Under the pieces are notes generated by a model. The model had not been told where the DNA came from, searched no databases, and saw only the letters and a list, made by a program, of their open reading frames with translations. Of a stretch of DNA of 36,149 bases, positions 7,769 to 14,313 are shown one piece after another. The position numbers and the translations under genes are program-made. Where the stretch lies: UHGV virus genome UHGV-0015323. One strand, written 5' to 3'. How positions within the stretch are numbered: position 1 is the first letter of the stretch; each line of letters opens with the position of its first letter. Source of the stretch: a virus.

Positions 7769-8318
7769 CCACCTCTTCTTCTAACCATTTCTTCCAATAC
7801 TCTGCCGAGTTCAACATCATGTGAGGCATCTCTTTCACGGACGCTGCCATGTACAGTGCCATCTTGTATGATTCCATTGTCTTCATGTATTCCCATCTGC
7901 TGCCGGCCGGATTCTGTTCTTCTTCGGACTTATCCACCGGTTCTGAATTGGCTCCCGTTTCTGTGTTTCTCGCATTTTCTTCCATCTGCTCTGAATTATC
8001 CACAGGCTTTTTCACAATCTTCACAGGTTCCGGCATTGCACTGGTGTAATTTTCCTCTTCGTGCTGTCCCGCTCTGATAAAATCGCTCCGTATTTCCGGT
8101 GTTTCCCCTGCTTCCGGAAGCATTTCCGGAAAATCTTTCTCAATTTCCATCTGTCCCGGAATGTCGTTTGGAAGTTCTACCGGTTTCTCCGTCTCCTGTT
8201 TCTCCGGTTTTTTTGGTTTTGGCAGCTTCGCCTTTACTACCTTCGACTCTTTTCTCTTCTCTTTCTTCGGTGCAACGCACTCAATCGCTTTTCGTTTCAT
8301 TTCTGCACCTCCACCCAT
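7740..8318 (-). CDS. Hypothetical protein with basic N-terminus and highly acidic (E/P-rich) body
   Basis: 192-aa ORF. Low complexity and acidic. No catalytic motif recognised. Confidence 0.45.
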   Translation of the reverse strand: MGGGAEMKRKAIECVAPKKEKRKESKVVKAKLPKPKKPEKQETEKPVELPNDIPGQMEIEKDFPEMLPEAGETPEIRSDFIRAGQHEEENYTSAMPEPVKIVKKPVDNSEQMEENARNTETGANSEPVDKSEEEQNPAGSRWEYMKTMESYKMALYMAASVKEMPHMMLNSAEYWKKWLEEEVDENGEELSK

Positions 8319-8881
8319 TCTCTTTCTTCTGTCATGGAATAGATCTGATGCGCTTTCGCTTGTATTCCGTCAACATTCCTCACGCCTGCTGCCACTGGCT
8401 TGCCTTTCTCGTCCTCTACGATCAGTCCGATCACGGTTCCGTATTCACCTTTCACTTCCGGATGTTTTCCCCTTGCGATCGCTATCTTTGTCTCTCCAAT
8501 CGCTTCTGACCGTTCTTTTTCTGCGTATGCACCTCTTTCTCTCTTCTCCCAGACTCTCTTCGGATGTATAATCATATACTCCATTGCTGCCATTGCAATC
8601 TCCATAAGTGTCAGTTCTCTTAGTAATGTCAGCTCTGTAGATACAACCATTGAACATCCGTCTTCTTCGTCTATACTTCCGCCAGCTTCGCACAGGAAGA
8701 ATTTGTTCTTTCCATCGATTGTATACCACTGCAGGCAATCCAGGATGTACTCCGCCGCATGGAATCCAGTGGATCTTGTTTTGCTTTTCTCTTCTTTGTA
8801 GGTCTTCCCTTTCTCGTACTGGAATGTCCCTTTTCCATGCTCTGCCTGAAGTTTTTCGTTGAATCCTTTGTACACTCTCAT
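8297..8881 (-). CDS. Conserved hypothetical phage protein (MRVYKGF... N-terminus)
   Basis: 194-aa ORF. N-terminal MRVYKGFNEKL...GKTYKEE...GFHAAEYILDCL pattern recurs in uncharacterised Firmicutes phage proteins. Confidence 0.5.
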   Translation of the reverse strand: MRVYKGFNEKLQAEHGKGTFQYEKGKTYKEEKSKTRSTGFHAAEYILDCLQWYTIDGKNKFFLCEAGGSIDEEDGCSMVVSTELTLLRELTLMEIAMAAMEYMIIHPKRVWEKRERGAYAEKERSEAIGETKIAIARGKHPEVKGEYGTVIGLIVEDEKGKPVAAGVRNVDGIQAKAHQIYSMTEEREWVEVQK

Positions 8882-9366
8882 TTCTTCTCTCCCAGGTAAT
8901 ATTCCCTCACGATCTCTTTGATCTGTGCCTTTCCCGGTATGCTGATATACAACGGTGGTGTCAGTCCTGCTGCCTTTGTGATCCTGTCATCCAATTGTGC
9001 TTTGTCATTAAATGCTTTCTCCAAAATCAGAGCCATGCAATCTTTCAACGACTTTCCTTTTCTTCTGACTACAAGAGCCATCTCTTCATCCTCTAAACAT
9101 AACTGCTCGATAAAATCCGTCCAGTCTCTCAATGCTCCTGTCAGACTCAGATCTTTTGCTTCCAGTTCCAGCTTTCCTATAGCTGCAAGACTCGGTGTTG
9201 TCAGCTCCTCGATTGCACCGGTGCAAAAGTCCTCTGCGTCTTCCGGATCCAGTCCGTTCTCCTCTGCGATTGTCTTGATTGCTTCTAAGTCTCCCTCTTC
9301 CAACTGTGCTTTGGCCGCACGGTTGATCTCCTCGTAAGAATCAAATTCTCCAAACTTCTCAAACAT
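8878..9366 (-). CDS. Hypothetical acidic protein
   Basis: 162-aa ORF with a 4-nt overlap onto the downstream gene. Confidence 0.5.
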   Translation of the reverse strand: MFEKFGEFDSYEEINRAAKAQLEEGDLEAIKTIAEENGLDPEDAEDFCTGAIEELTTPSLAAIGKLELEAKDLSLTGALRDWTDFIEQLCLEDEEMALVVRRKGKSLKDCMALILEKAFNDKAQLDDRITKAAGLTPPLYISIPGKAQIKEIVREYYLGEKK

Positions 9367-9368
9367 CT

Positions 9369-9806
9369 TTATACCTCTTCTCCTTGTAAGTACGCTTCAA
9401 GCGTCCTTTTATACTCACTGTTGTTTTCGTATACGATCTCTATCTCGTGTTCTTTACTCTCTTCCAGGAACAACTGCCACAGTTCCTTGTTCTGTATGTC
9501 TTTTCCGTCTGACTTTCTCCACTCTGCACGTCTCCACTTTTCCGGATTGTCTGCCTGGACCATGTCACGGATAAATGTATTCCTCGTGTAGAATATGATA
9601 TGGCATGGCTCTGTGAATCTCTGGAATGCCCGGATCATAGCTAATAGTACACTGCGGTTATGTGTTGTCTCTGTTTCTTCTCCCTGTACGAACAGGTCCT
9701 TCACTTCTCCGTTTTGCTTAGCAAACACTAAGGCTGCACCATATTTCCCATCCCGGACAAATGGTCCTGTAACGGTTGTCTCTATGTAGACTTTCACTGT
9801 CTTCAT
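9369..9806 (-). CDS. rnhA: Ribonuclease H (RNase HI-like)
   Basis: KVYIETTVTG...GAALVF...ETTHNRSVLLAMIRAFQRF...IIFYTRNTFI...EKWRRAEWRKSDGKDIQNKELWQ parallels the RNase HI DGS..TTNNRMEL...LYTDS..V...GWKKNGW...N.DLW motifs. Confidence 0.7.
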   Translation of the reverse strand: MKTVKVYIETTVTGPFVRDGKYGAALVFAKQNGEVKDLFVQGEETETTHNRSVLLAMIRAFQRFTEPCHIIFYTRNTFIRDMVQADNPEKWRRAEWRKSDGKDIQNKELWQLFLEESKEHEIEIVYENNSEYKRTLEAYLQGEEV

Positions 9807-9810
9807 CTCT

Positions 9811-10572
9811 TCAAATCCTCCTGTTCAGCCGGATCAATGTGTATCTCCGGTACTTGAACCCAGTGGCCGGATTGATTCCTTCATAGCTCTTGGCAATGTA
9901 ATAGCCATTCTTCTGTTTGATCTCTTTTGGCCATCTTGCCAGTTTTTTCTTCTTTGGTGGTTTCAGTGGCATGTTTCGCGAAGTGCTGTAACTGGATTCG
10001 CTGAGCCTTGGCTTGTCCCTCTTTCCGTCTTTTCTCTTTTCTCCCACTTTCTCGTTTTTGGTGATATAGGATGCAAGCTGTGAAAAATCCTCTTCGTAGT
10101 ATTTGCTTTTTTCTAACTTCTCTGCATAGATTCCACCATGCGACCAACATTCCTCCACCCAGCGGATCGTATCCCGGCATCCGGTGATGACCACATGAAC
10201 ATGCCACGCTCCCTTGGTTCCCTTCTCAATGTTCCGGATCCAGCGCAATTCGATCTGTTCTTTCTTGTATCTTGTTCTTAACTTACTTATCAGATTCGTG
10301 AAATCCTTCTTTGCTTTCGCCATGTCCGGAGGTCTTGCCTCGACTCTGTACGTCAGTGTCATGAAGTAGTCCCCCTTGCCAAAGTACTCCAACAATCTGT
10401 GTCTGGCTGTCTCTGCCTTATTCATGGAGTTCACTACTGCCATCTGCTCCGGTGTAGGCTTTCTCTTCTTCTCTCTTGGCAGTCCCCTTGCTCCATACCT
10501 GCCATCATGGTATTCCTTCACCTCCAGGATGTCTCCTTTCCGGAAGGTGTGTGTTACTCTCTTCGTTGCCAT
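9811..10572 (-). CDS. rep: Rolling-circle replication initiator (HUH endonuclease Rep, superfamily II, pC194/Rep_1-like)
   Basis: Motif I FMTLTY, motif II HVHVVI (HUH), motif III LASYITKNEK (Y..K). RBS AGAGGT is present 6 nt upstream of the ATG. Confidence 0.75.
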   Translation of the reverse strand: MATKRVTHTFRKGDILEVKEYHDGRYGARGLPREKKRKPTPEQMAVVNSMNKAETARHRLLEYFGKGDYFMTLTYRVEARPPDMAKAKKDFTNLISKLRTRYKKEQIELRWIRNIEKGTKGAWHVHVVITGCRDTIRWVEECWSHGGIYAEKLEKSKYYEEDFSQLASYITKNEKVGEKRKDGKRDKPRLSESSYSTSRNMPLKPPKKKKLARWPKEIKQKNGYYIAKSYEGINPATGFKYRRYTLIRLNRRI

Positions 10573-10613
10573 CGTATACCTCTATCTTTAATATCTTAAT
10601 CGAGTATTAAAAT

Positions 10614-10636
10614 GGGGCAGAACCCCCGTTTTTCTT
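10614..10636. terminator. GC hairpin GGGG-CAGAA-CCCC followed by GTTTTTCTT on the plus strand and ATTTTAAT on the minus strand. Sits in the rep leader 40 nt upstream of the rep ATG and could act as an attenuator or terminator.
   Basis: Read directly: aatggggcagaacccccgtttttcttg. Confidence 0.45.
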
Positions 10637-10703
10637 GACTTCCTGCCCCACAGATGTTAAGATAATAATGTCTTTAATATCTGCGAGACAAAAGTCTTGC
10701 ATT

Positions 10704-10740
10704 CAACACTTCCGTTACCTCCGGAAGTGTTATTTTTTTA
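10704..10740. terminator. Intrinsic terminator hairpin AACACTTCCG-gttacct-CGGAAGTGTT followed by ATTTTTTTA (plus sense). Abuts the stop of the minus-strand gene 10730..11119.
   Basis: 10-bp perfect stem plus 8-T run on the plus strand and an A-run on the other side. Confidence 0.6.
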
Positions 10741-11119
10741 TCTGTTTTTCCAGTGTCCTTGCGATCGAATTCAGCGCGTAGAAGCTTGCCGATACAGCCA
10801 GTCCTATCAGGACGCGCTCCAGCGTTGACTCCGGTGCTTTGACCGATATGGAATATGTAATTGCTGCTCCGGAAGCATAGAAGAGTCCAACAAGCATTCC
10901 AACGCCTGTGATAAACCTTGTTCTCCAAAGGCTCATTCTAATATGATGTATTCTCCTTTGTTCTTCTTCCTGGCATACTCGTTCGCTTCTTCCCATGTCC
11001 CAGAGCAACAGCCCAGTTCCTGTGTTTTCGTCCATCTGATAATCCATATGTGGTCTTTCTCCCTTCTTCCGCGTTTCTGGCTCATTCCTCATTCTCTGAC
11101 ATAACTCTGTCCAATCCAT
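10730..11119 (-). CDS. Hypothetical small membrane protein (two C-terminal TM helices)
   Basis: 129-aa ORF. The hydrophobic stretches FITGVGMLVGLFYASGAAI and VLIGLAVSASFYALNSI are each about 20 aa. Confidence 0.5.
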   Translation of the reverse strand: MDWTELCQRMRNEPETRKKGERPHMDYQMDENTGTGLLLWDMGRSERVCQEEEQRRIHHIRMSLWRTRFITGVGMLVGLFYASGAAITYSISVKAPESTLERVLIGLAVSASFYALNSIARTLEKQIKK

Positions 11120-11462
11120 TCATGAGGAAATCTTCGTACTGCATCCGCTCTTCCTCTGATCTCAGATCCGGATAGATCGCCATCCGGATCAGCTCTGCTG
11201 CCTGTTCCCCGGTGAACTGCCAGTCCTTTTCCTTTTCGACCTGCTCAATCAGGCTGGATCGGAAAAACTTGATTTTCACATCCCTGTTCGGAATGTCCTG
11301 CAATTTTGCCGGGATCAGACTCAGTAACCTTCTCTTGTATAAAGCAAATTCTCTCTGTTGCATTCCTTTTTTCCTCCTTCCTTTTTTGTATGATGCGCAC
11401 GGATAACAGCGGCTGCGTTCCATACAACTGTTTCTGTGTTGACAGTAGCAACAATCCTCCAT
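11082..11462 (-). CDS. Hypothetical protein with Cys-rich N-terminus (CCYC...C...C..C)
   Basis: 126-aa ORF. Two possible starts each have an RBS: 11462 (AGAAGGA) or the internal MQQREF start at 11364 (GGAGG). Confidence 0.45.
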   Translation of the reverse strand: MEDCCYCQHRNSCMERSRCYPCASYKKGRRKKGMQQREFALYKRRLLSLIPAKLQDIPNRDVKIKFFRSSLIEQVEKEKDWQFTGEQAAELIRMAIYPDLRSEEERMQYEDFLMNGLDRVMSENEE

Positions 11463-11483
11463 GCTTGTCCTTCTTTCTACCGC

Positions 11484-11642
11484 CTAAGCGGTTTTATCCT
11501 TTCTTGATCTCAGATGCTCGTTTATGATAGTTGATACATCATTGATCACTTTTTCATGCTCTTTTTCGCTTTTCCCCAGATAAGCAGAATCATCAAATTT
11601 ATATGTGCATCCGCTTTCTGTCTTTTTGATCTCTACGATCAC
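11484..11642 (-). CDS. Possible small protein (52 aa, GTG start) in an otherwise empty 200-nt gap
   Basis: GGAGG is 8 nt upstream of GTG. Open to TAG at 11484. Not in the ORF track, which is ATG-biased with a length cutoff. Confidence 0.25.
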   Translation of the reverse strand: MIVEIKKTESGCTYKFDDSAYLGKSEKEHEKVINDVSTIINEHLRSRKDKTA

Positions 11643-11694
11643 CTGTATCACCTCCTAGAAAAGTTTATGTGTTACGGTTTGTACTTGTTGCTAT

Positions 11695-11892
11695 TCATTC
11701 CGTAATCTCCCAGGATTCGGAAAGTAGCTCTCTCGTTGTTGGTTGCCATCCTTCGACCGGGTGGCTTCCATCTAATTTCATTAATGTGCATGTCCCTGCT
11801 GTCTCCACTTTTACTTTCACCCTTGCAGTTGGATTTTCTCTCATACATTTTTTCTCCTGCAATGCCATCTTAGTTGCTTCGTAGATATTCAT
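11695..11892 (-). CDS. DUF2829 (Tad2-like) small protein, candidate anti-Thoeris / signalling-nucleotide sponge
   Basis: 65 aa. N-terminus MNIYEATKMALQEKKCMRE matches MNFxEALxALKxGKKVxR. C-terminus MKLDGSHPVEGWQPTTRELLSESWEITE matches MKTADNKxVPWLASQTDxLAEDWEI. RBS GAGGTGA is 6 nt upstream. Confidence 0.5.
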   Translation of the reverse strand: MNIYEATKMALQEKKCMRENPTARVKVKVETAGTCTLMKLDGSHPVEGWQPTTRELLSESWEITE

Positions 11893-11969
11893 CTCTTCTC
11901 ACCTCGCTTACTATTTTCTATTTCTTACGTGAAATGTTGGAACATTCTATGTGATAACTGTGTCTTTTG

Positions 11970-12059
11970 TTATTGAGGAAATCGTATCTTCTAAAATAGT
12001 TCGTGCAGTACCTACTGTTATTTTGTTTTTCCGCATGATTTCTATGATTTCCTCAATAA
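11970..12059. repeat. Perfect 14-bp inverted repeat TTATTGAGGAAATC (11970..11983) and GATTTCCTCAATAA (12046..12059) with a 62-bp spacer, in the early leader between small genes
   Basis: Read directly on the plus strand. Confidence 0.8.
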
Positions 12060-12066
12060 TTTGATT

Positions 12067-12224
12067 TACTTCTTCTCCGGACCATCTTTCTCCAACTCTT
12101 CTTTCTTACTGCTCATTGCTGCCGCAGTTGCGATCGTTCCTTCGAGGTATCCTCTTTCTCTTTCGCTCATTGCTGGTAACTTATCGGCAAGTGTCTTGAT
12201 AATCTGTTTTTCTTTCTCTGACAT
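12067..12224 (-). CDS. First early-operon small protein (52 aa, MSEKEKQIIKTLADKLPAMSERERGYLEGTIATAAAM...)
   Basis: ATG at 12224 sits 7 nt downstream of AAAGGAG and is the first ORF downstream of the consensus leftward promoter. Not in the ORF track because it is under 60 aa. Confidence 0.5.
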
Positions 12225-12266
12225 TTCTTACTCCTTTCTTCGTTTGTTTTTTGTTGCTATGTGAAC

Positions 12267-12295
12267 ATTATATGTCGCATAATAGAATTTGTCAA
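12267..12295 (-). promoter_or_regulatory. Early leftward promoter, perfect sigma-A consensus TTGACA-17 nt-TATAAT
   Basis: Minus strand reads TTGACAaattctattatgcgacaTATAAT. The -35 element is at 12290..12295 and the -10 at 12267..12272. Confidence 0.7.
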
Positions 12296-12309
12296 TCTGT
12301 TTTTTGTGC

Positions 12310-12343
12310 TTTTGCGACTTTTTGTGATTTTGCGACTTTTTGT
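12310..12343. promoter_or_regulatory. Two tandem 16-bp direct repeats TTTTGCGACTTTTTGT (12310..12325 and 12328..12343) between the divergent promoters, candidate operator sites
   Basis: Perfect copies read directly, abutting the -35 of the repressor promoter. Confidence 0.6.
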
Positions 12344-12344
12344 A

Positions 12345-12373
12345 TTGCTTTTCTTTCTGCTATGTTGTATAAT
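12345..12373 (+). promoter_or_regulatory. Rightward promoter for the repressor gene: TTGCTT-17 nt-TATAAT with TG just upstream of the -10
   Basis: The -35 element is at 12345..12350 and the -10 at 12368..12373. RBS AGAGGTGAG is 7 nt before the ATG at 12399. Confidence 0.6.
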
Positions 12374-12398
12374 CAATATCAAGAAAAGAGGTGAGAAA

Positions 12399-12767
12399 AT
12401 GAACGAACGCCTAAAAAAGTTAAGAAAAGAATTGGATATGACTCAACAAGAATTTGCTGAAGGTATTGGAATTAAAAGAAACACCATAGCAACTTACGAG
12501 TCCGGTAGAAATGAACCTATCGATGCAGTTATTTCTCTTATATGTACAAAATATAATGTCAACGAAAATTGGCTCCGTACTGGAGAGGGTGATATGTTTG
12601 TGAAACTGTCCTACTCTGATGAAATTGCACAGTTTGTCGGACAGCTCATGACTGAGGAAGATGATTCTTTTAAAAAGAGACTTGTTTCCGGATTGGCGGC
12701 TCTTGACGAAACTGGATGGAAAGTATTAGAAGACTTTTTGGACTCTATACAAATAAAAAAGGACTGA
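12399..12767 (+). CDS. cI-like phage repressor, XRE-family HTH with C-terminal oligomerisation domain and no S24 peptidase
   Basis: MNERLKKLRKELDMTQQEFAEGIGIKRNTIATYESGRNEP is a canonical HTH_XRE. Only plus-strand gene in this region, divergent from the early operon. Confidence 0.8.
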   Translation: MNERLKKLRKELDMTQQEFAEGIGIKRNTIATYESGRNEPIDAVISLICTKYNVNENWLRTGEGDMFVKLSYSDEIAQFVGQLMTEEDDSFKKRLVSGLAALDETGWKVLEDFLDSIQIKKD

Positions 12768-12768
12768 T

Positions 12769-12870
12769 TTATTTCAGTCCTAAGATTCCGCGAATGAAAA
12801 AATATACATTTTTTAATCGTGTGTCGTCCAATTCGTCAAGCATTTTTATTATGAGTTTTTTATAATTCAT
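12769..12870 (-). CDS. Possible 33-aa peptide (MNYKKLIIKMLDELDDTRLKNVYFFIRGILGLK) convergent with the repressor gene
   Basis: GGAGGG is 7 nt upstream of ATG at 12870. The stop lies 1 nt from the repressor stop. Both 3' ends share the hairpin GGACTGA-tttatt-TCAGTCC at 12761..12780. Confidence 0.3.
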   Translation of the reverse strand: MNYKKLIIKMLDELDDTRLKNVYFFIRGILGLK

Positions 12871-13095
12871 TATGGATCCCTCCGTTCCCAGCAAGAACAC
12901 TCTTCGAAATTCCTTGATTTAATCATACGACATTTGTTTTTATAAATCAATGTTTTTATCGAACATCTGTTCTTTTTCACTTAGGAACTTTAGGGATTGC
13001 TATTATTAGGAAAGCCTGCTCAAATATTTATAGAGTAGGTTCTGATCAGGATTGTGGTGTTCCTGATTGGCAGGCACACAAATGAGGGTAAATTT

Positions 13096-14313
13096 ATGGG
13101 ATTAAGATTTAGAAAAAGTTTCAAGGTTGCTCCTGGAGTAAAAGTAAACTTGAACAAGAAAAGTACAAGTATAACGTTTGGTGGAAAAGGTGTCCACAAA
13201 ACATATAGCTCTTCTGGAAAGAAAACAACATCTGTCGGCATTCCAGGTACCGGCGCATACTACACTACTTCTTCCGGTGGTGGATCTGGTAGTAAAAAAC
13301 CATCCAGTCATAAAAAGATTTCTACAGACAACTTAGATCCAGTCCTTACGGAAGACCTTTCTTTTCAGAATAATGTTGCCGATGGTTCAAGCGCATCACT
13401 TGATAAATTTACAACGGATTCTTTGAAGCGCTATAAAATAACCTCTGCGATACTGTCCGCTTTTCTGTTTTTCGTTGCGCTAATTGGTTTCGCCGGTGGA
13501 AGTGCTTTGGCAACAGTAATTTGTTTAATTTTCGGCGGTATCACACTTGCAATGTCAATCACCTATTCAAAAGAGATTAAAAAACGCCTTTCATCCGAAA
13601 GTAGTTTCGGTTCATCTACATTTTCAGGTACCTCTCCGGATATAGATGATAAGCCATCCAAAAAGAAGATGGGGTGTGGATGCCTTACAGCTGTCATTCT
13701 TTTCTTCCTTGTGATCGGAGCTATTTCATCATGCACCGATTCCGGTGATAAGAATACGGAAAAGAATGTAGAAAAAGTTGAGGACACAAAACCAGTAGTT
13801 GCAGCTCTTGAAAGTTTGAGCATTTCAGCTGATACAGATCAGACTTATGATATTAATACAGAGGTTCCGGTAACACTTACCGTAACACCGGCCGATGCTA
13901 ATATTGATAACCTGACTTTAAATGGATCCGAATGTACCTTTGCTTCTGATGATAACGGAAACCTTACATTTTCAGCAAGCGGAGCTGGTTCTTATATAAT
14001 CACCGTTTCATGTGATGGCATTGAAAGTAATTCCCTGACTTTCAATGTTGAAGACAAGGCTGCTATTGCTGCTGAAGCAGAAGCTGCAGGACAAGCAGGG
14101 CTCGAAGCTCAACAAACTACTGAAGAATCCAATCAATCAGATGTTGTTCAGCAAACACAAGAACCACAAGAAGAAATGGTTTGGATTTCTGCTACTGGTA
14201 GCAAATACCACAGTAGACCAAATTGTGGTCAAATGGATCCGAGTACATCCTGGCAACTTTCTGTTTCTGAAGCTGAGGCACAAGGTTACGAGCCTTGTAA
14301 AAAGTGTCATTAG
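13096..14313 (+). CDS. Accessory (moron) membrane protein. N-terminal DUF4236-like motif, 2 TM helices, an internal lipoprotein-type signal peptide, a bacterial Ig-like domain and a C-terminal Cys/His motif.
   Basis: MGLRFRKSFKVAPGVKVNLNKKSTSITFGG matches the DUF4236 N-terminal signature. KKKMGCGCLTAVILFFLVIGAISSC is a lipobox-like sequence at about aa 205. TLTVTPADANIDNLTLNG...YIITVSCDG is Big-like. C-terminus is GSKYHSRPNCGQM...GYEPCKKCH. Own promoter and RBS GAGGGT, located between int and repressor. Confidence 0.65.
   Translation: MGLRFRKSFKVAPGVKVNLNKKSTSITFGGKGVHKTYSSSGKKTTSVGIPGTGAYYTTSSGGGSGSKKPSSHKKISTDNLDPVLTEDLSFQNNVADGSSASLDKFTTDSLKRYKITSAILSAFLFFVALIGFAGGSALATVICLIFGGITLAMSITYSKEIKKRLSSESSFGSSTFSGTSPDIDDKPSKKKMGCGCLTAVILFFLVIGAISSCTDSGDKNTEKNVEKVEDTKPVVAALESLSISADTDQTYDINTEVPVTLTVTPADANIDNLTLNGSECTFASDDNGNLTFSASGAGSYIITVSCDGIESNSLTFNVEDKAAIAAEAEAAGQAGLEAQQTTEESNQSDVVQQTQEPQEEMVWISATGSKYHSRPNCGQMDPSTSWQLSVSEAEAQGYEPCKKCH

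Noticed and set aside
8061-8862. Several plus-strand ORFs (8061..8342, 8099..8509, 8161..8571, 8400..8801, 8650..8862) and minus-strand 8445..8738
   Set aside because: All are alternative frames of the 7740..8318 and 8297..8881 coding regions with low-complexity composition. The operon logic of the minus-strand genes is much stronger.
9881-10207. 108-aa minus-strand ORF inside the rep gene
   Set aside because: Alternative frame of the Rep coding sequence. Rep motifs validate the other frame.
10674-10928. 84-aa minus-strand ORF overlapping 10730..11119
   Set aside because: Out-of-frame overlap with a better-supported gene, and it begins inside the terminator hairpin.
12061-12264. 67-aa plus-strand ORF in the switch region
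   Set aside because: Hydrophobic, low-complexity translation antisense to the RBS-supported 52-aa early gene and overlapping the consensus leftward promoter. No RBS.
13563-13823. 86-aa minus-strand ORF
   Set aside because: Antisense within the 13096..14313 membrane-protein gene. No RBS.
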